Source: Balanoglossus misakiensis (lineage: Eukaryota > Animalia > Hemichordata). From it: a stretch of 64,000 bases of DNA. The notes below the pieces were generated by a model. That model worked only from the letters and a program-made list of their open reading frames with translations, was not told the origin of the DNA and made no database searches. Location of the stretch: contig CM082578.2 in the NCBI GenBank assembly GCA_040954595.2, positions 16,935,703 to 16,999,702 on the forward strand, given 5' to 3'. Both the position numbers and the translations under genes were made by a program. This document shows positions 62,301 to 64,000 of this stretch, in pieces. Each line of letters starts with the position of its first letter. Position 1 is the stretch's first letter.

Positions 62301-63608
62301 TTTGTCACAACATCAATAAATGCAAGAATAATTATCCATAAAGTAGGATTCAGATTTCTAAATTCTTTGTGATTTGTTGACCAACCTGTAACTCTTGTAA
62401 CTTTTCTTCAGCCCCAGCTCTGTGCCCCCTGTCTTCATCTGACTGAGCTTTGATTGTAGCAATTTCGGACGCCTGGAATCAATGGAATGATGCAATGTAT
62501 ATGAAAGGAATCAGAGAAATACAGAGAGAATCCAGACTGCAGTTACTGGAGTACAATTTTGTACAGATGTACATACCAGTTTGGCTGCCTTCTGTGCTAG
62601 TGACTCTTTTTGCTCAATAATATTCTTCATTTCATCTTTGGATTCTTGCAGCTGTTCTTTCAATAGCTTCACATCAGAGGTCACTGGATGAGAAAAAAAT
62701 AATACCTGTCAGGCTAAGGAAAAGTTTTCAGGTCTCAAACACTCAGTCAATCATGACTTTCTAAGAGCTTTTCTGATGATCATCCAGGAGTATTTGAGAT
62801 CAAAAAATGGGAATGATATATCTGCATTATTTTCTCTTATGGTTGCACTAGGTAAAGGCATGACAACTATAACGAATTGATGGTTACTAGATCGACAGCA
62901 TTCTATGTGATTTATACTAATACTTACATATGGCTCTGCAATCCTCAGATTTCTTGAGTTCTTCTTGAAACAGCAACAGTGGTGAGTCGTCTCCCTGTAG
63001 AAATGTTTAAAAAAACGTCAACTGTCAAATATATGTTTGTTTGATCTTACATGTACTGTAGGCGGGGTATTTGAATATTTTGCACCCTGACCCCCTAGTG
63101 ACCTATGACATCACTTACCCCATCTTCTGCCGAGTGTTGTGCTAACTGGTGTTTCATCCTATCATCTTGCAGCCTGTCCACTTCCTTCTTCAGTTCTGCA
63201 GAGTACCATTTTTCTTCCTGTAAGCAGCAGATTTAATCCCTTCAATAACAGAGACCTAAAACCCTTTTCAACCCAAAATTCCATGCTTGCTCAACCATTG
63301 AATGAAAACAGTAGATGAGAAATACAGTACTAAGGAAAAGGGGGCCGAGCCTCTCAATTTCGTGCCACAACACAACATATGGCCTTTTATATTTTAATGG
63401 CAATTTTGTCGTTGTTGCAAATCTCAACACATGATCATTGCTAATAACATATTTCAAGAGAGCAGTATCAGGTGATAAACATTCTGAGTAGCTCGATAAA
63501 TATTGGTACACTCATAAGGTTACACATCCATGACATCTCCAGCAGCATACCTGCAGTGATGTCTTCAGATCTTCCACTTCCTGCTTCAAGGCTATCATAT
63601 GATCTCCT
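44327..63608 (-). CDS. EEA1: Early endosome antigen 1 (long coiled coil, C-terminal FYVE); 5' end lies beyond the window
   Basis: About 34 exons. The FYVE domain RKWQVD..CQAC...RK|[15 protein letters not shown]...[12 protein letters not shown] is on exons 44675-44893 and 44327-44455. EEA1-typical segments: LLERCL...[29 protein letters not shown] (exon near 61638-61779), and [13 protein letters not shown]|[12 protein letters not shown] (63551-63608, 63119-63217). Confidence 0.93.
46472..47113 (-). repeat. 3' LTR (642 bp)
   Basis: Matches 53889-54530 except G46679 versus A54096 (comparison by eye). Confidence 0.97.
47173..51432 (-). CDS. pol: Pol polyprotein (aspartic protease, RT, RNase H, integrase), entered by -1 frameshift from gag
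   Basis: ORF 47173-51321 (1382 aa); its frame stays open upstream to the slippery site at 51426-51432. Motifs: [39 protein letters not shown], the HHCC zinc finger, and the integrase D-D-E segments ([19 protein letters not shown]). Confidence 0.96.
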   Translation of the reverse strand, partial: FKWGATRHPEGHALGRNGNSPSNVIDSLIGHANETEIVLEGSSCIALIDTGSMVSTVADTFNREKLQKPIHDLNNLVKVEGASGTEVPYLGYIEVEVKFPDSHGQEMSKDVLLLVVEDTEYNQMVPVVIGTNVLQHFVDEDTQYSTDLSSVWRLAYQATIHRQRAEGRTFTVTTTKPITIGPYERTVIHGFCRVDLRNCQSVVVVEPENDRLLPGGLLVTPAVLKLEPRGNSCRIPVMVTNYGARAVTVPPKSTLCNMNLASNVSQPLDPYGDDIDTNSDGTTSPKVPDWLIKDLGLQEADTELTEIQKDQALATIGKWQTVFSTGERDLGHTTLVTHSIKLTDETPFKDKYRRIPMGMYEELQQYLQDMLQSGVIRESNSPWSSNVVCVRKPDGKLRVCIDYRRLNAKTIKDAYALPRVLDTLDNLSNAEWFSSLDLRSGYYQVEMAEDDKAKTAFTVGNFGLFEFNRMSMGLTNAPATFQRLMEKCFGELAFRECCVYLDDIIVFSKTFEDHLNRLERVFQRLASHGLKLKATKCVLFQKKVKYLGHVVSADGITTDPDKVAALKEWPIPTTVTELRRFLGFAGYYRRFIQSYSNIAKPLNDLLCGRQSRNKAGKFEKLQWGQQEQQAFDTLRKSLMSSPILAFADYSLPFEIHTDASSTGLGAVLYQRQKGILRVIAYASRGLTKSESNYPAHKLEFLALKWAVTKKFNDYLYGSKFTVHTDNNPLTYVLTSAKLDAVGHRWLSDLSLYDFSIVYRSGKKNIEADALSRIPWNRENPETETNLGADVVQALCRATEGPYVTSFGMVADEDRPAVVQGGDDVFWKTEQSKDSTIRYVTDQLEKDHKPFMRDHTGDIRLLIRDWKRLVLKNGVLYRKCFIDDIQYLQLVLPVHHRKDVLEELHDKLGHFGQDKTLDLVRRRFYWPRMSMDVQKKVEHCLPCIRRKSSTSLPRTPLVNIHTSQPMEMVCIDFLHIPTPDQGYSNILVMTDHFTRYAIAVPTKNQSAKTTAKALFEHLILHYGFPGRLHSDQGRNFESSTIQELCRIANIKKSRTTPYHPQGNGMCERFNKTLLQMLGTMNEDNKTRWASHVNTMVHAYNSTKHESTGYSPFFLMFGREPRLPIDVSGHADQTNLEYGGTVSDYVTKLAERLDYAYKVATERSVKSGERQKKSYDRKVKVAIIQPGDTVLVKNTGPKDNYKLADQWEKDPYTVISQPIEDIPVYVVQKQVKGGRKRTLHRNLLLPIPIIPDELDDDVNTKMTQRDVKQSVPGVINDATQDAVDEEDDGIGKLQFVSTINLPTEHNALNPTAAEFIPSRRESSLMDNPTGMVNPDGPSQILTSDFSNHILQSTDGWSSSDPDGITPATTNISPDSSSSTQPEPRYPTRQRRPPDRYSPEQWNLKQFAHTTLSSIPFINCHY
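51390..52883 (-). CDS. gag: Gag: N-terminal RRM-like domain, PNMA-like capsid, CCHC zinc knuckle
   Basis: IYVQHLP and DSAFVIF (RNP2/RNP1-like); [16 protein letters not shown]...SLRASA...VFG...FYTARQ capsid segment; [14 protein letters not shown]. The start could instead be the downstream Met of MAVSK at about 52814. Confidence 0.93.
   Translation of the reverse strand: MHCIVFNDTSESSQIAFHFLGKKMAVSKISIQERSIYVQHLPFECTKKHFREFIELQLGLAQVDQIYISDKDSAFVIFENIESATAALPVIHKSTFEESKLRASRVTTARGLELWHLIEETEQSTGLDYNETSDPKTSKPKADVQEIINMLSLLSEADRKAVAQAISPAPLKPIVSTPMPHPIPFPAFPVPTSVADSSPFIMSSPAQAAAAQPATATTAFHSVEFPRIVVFSGKGDVTYEMWRYEVRALQRENVFPETIIMQAVRKSLRASAAEVLLHMGEDITVSRLMAKMNMVFGKVLPPEAVLEKFYTARQTKTEKVAEWACRIEGLLDELRSGQSISSNSEETMLRTKFFSGLSDEHIKNAIRHRYDTGEDYSGLLLAARKLEVNRETTTRVHQATVADKTMITKLEELTKGLKNLAEKVAELEKRTSTSSTPESTFRRRVNNENGRDRRGNDGTRQPKQVFPGNCFKCGEHGHKKTDCPLNGERPGIRRDMR
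53868..53886 (-). other. Primer binding site complementary to the 3' end of tRNA-Ser
   Basis: The minus strand reads TGGCGTAGTCGGCAGGATT 2 nt after the 5' LTR. The plus strand AATCCTGCCGACTACGCCA matches the 3' end of animal tRNA-Ser(AGA/TGA) as I recall it. Confidence 0.9.
53889..54530 (-). repeat. 5' LTR (642 bp) with TATA box and initiator
   Basis: Minus-strand TATAAAAG at about 54312-54319 and initiator TCAGTT at about 54287-54292, roughly 30 nt downstream. Confidence 0.96.
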
Positions 63609-64000
63609 CTGCAAATAGGTAAAAAGGGAAAAAAGAAACATAATACAGGAAGCAAAACATAACAAGTGAAAGAGCAGAAAATGCACAGAAAATGTTTTAT
63701 ACAGGACAAAACTGAAGGTGTATAAGCACCTGGACATTGAGAAAAGTTGTAGAGTCAATTTAATCAACATCAATGGTTTTACGGCTTTATCTTTCCAGTA
63801 ACAGAAATATGATTCTTGAAATGTCAGAAATACATTTTTTACTCTGAAAACCTCCAAAAATAACAATTCTTACCCTTTCTGTATCCATGACAACCATTGG
63901 GATTAAGGGGAGAAAAATAAAACAGTGCAAATGTTATAATCATGACACAGATTCTGGAACAAATTGCAACCAAGCAATCACAAAACCACCATTAACAATT

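Overview
This window is AT-rich, intron-rich animal genomic DNA. The gene content and frequent TACATGTA suggest a marine invertebrate, but the taxon is only an inference. From left to right it holds: (1) a minus-strand spliced transcript of uncertain coding status, built around a 7-copy 169-bp tandem array in which each unit is a 96-nt exon plus a 73-nt intron; (2) an ACSF2-like acyl-CoA synthetase with an uninterrupted CDS (-); (3) a long (CATA)n microsatellite next to a strongly base-paired element; (4) an 18-exon inter-alpha-trypsin inhibitor heavy chain-like gene (+, about 940 aa) with duplicated micro-exons and no DPHFII motif; (5) a 14-exon Roco-family gene (Cys-rich LRRs, Roc GTPase, COR; +, about 1145 aa) whose best model ends in a CaaX box (CHLL); and (6) EEA1 (-), running off the right edge. 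One EEA1 intron carries a very young, intact 8.06-kb Ty3/Gypsy LTR retrotransposon with 642-bp LTRs differing at 1 base, an ATTC target-site duplication, a tRNA-Ser primer site, an RRM-bearing PNMA-like Gag and a -1 frameshift into Pol. All gene models were built by eye from splice signals and reading-frame phase; no database searches were run.
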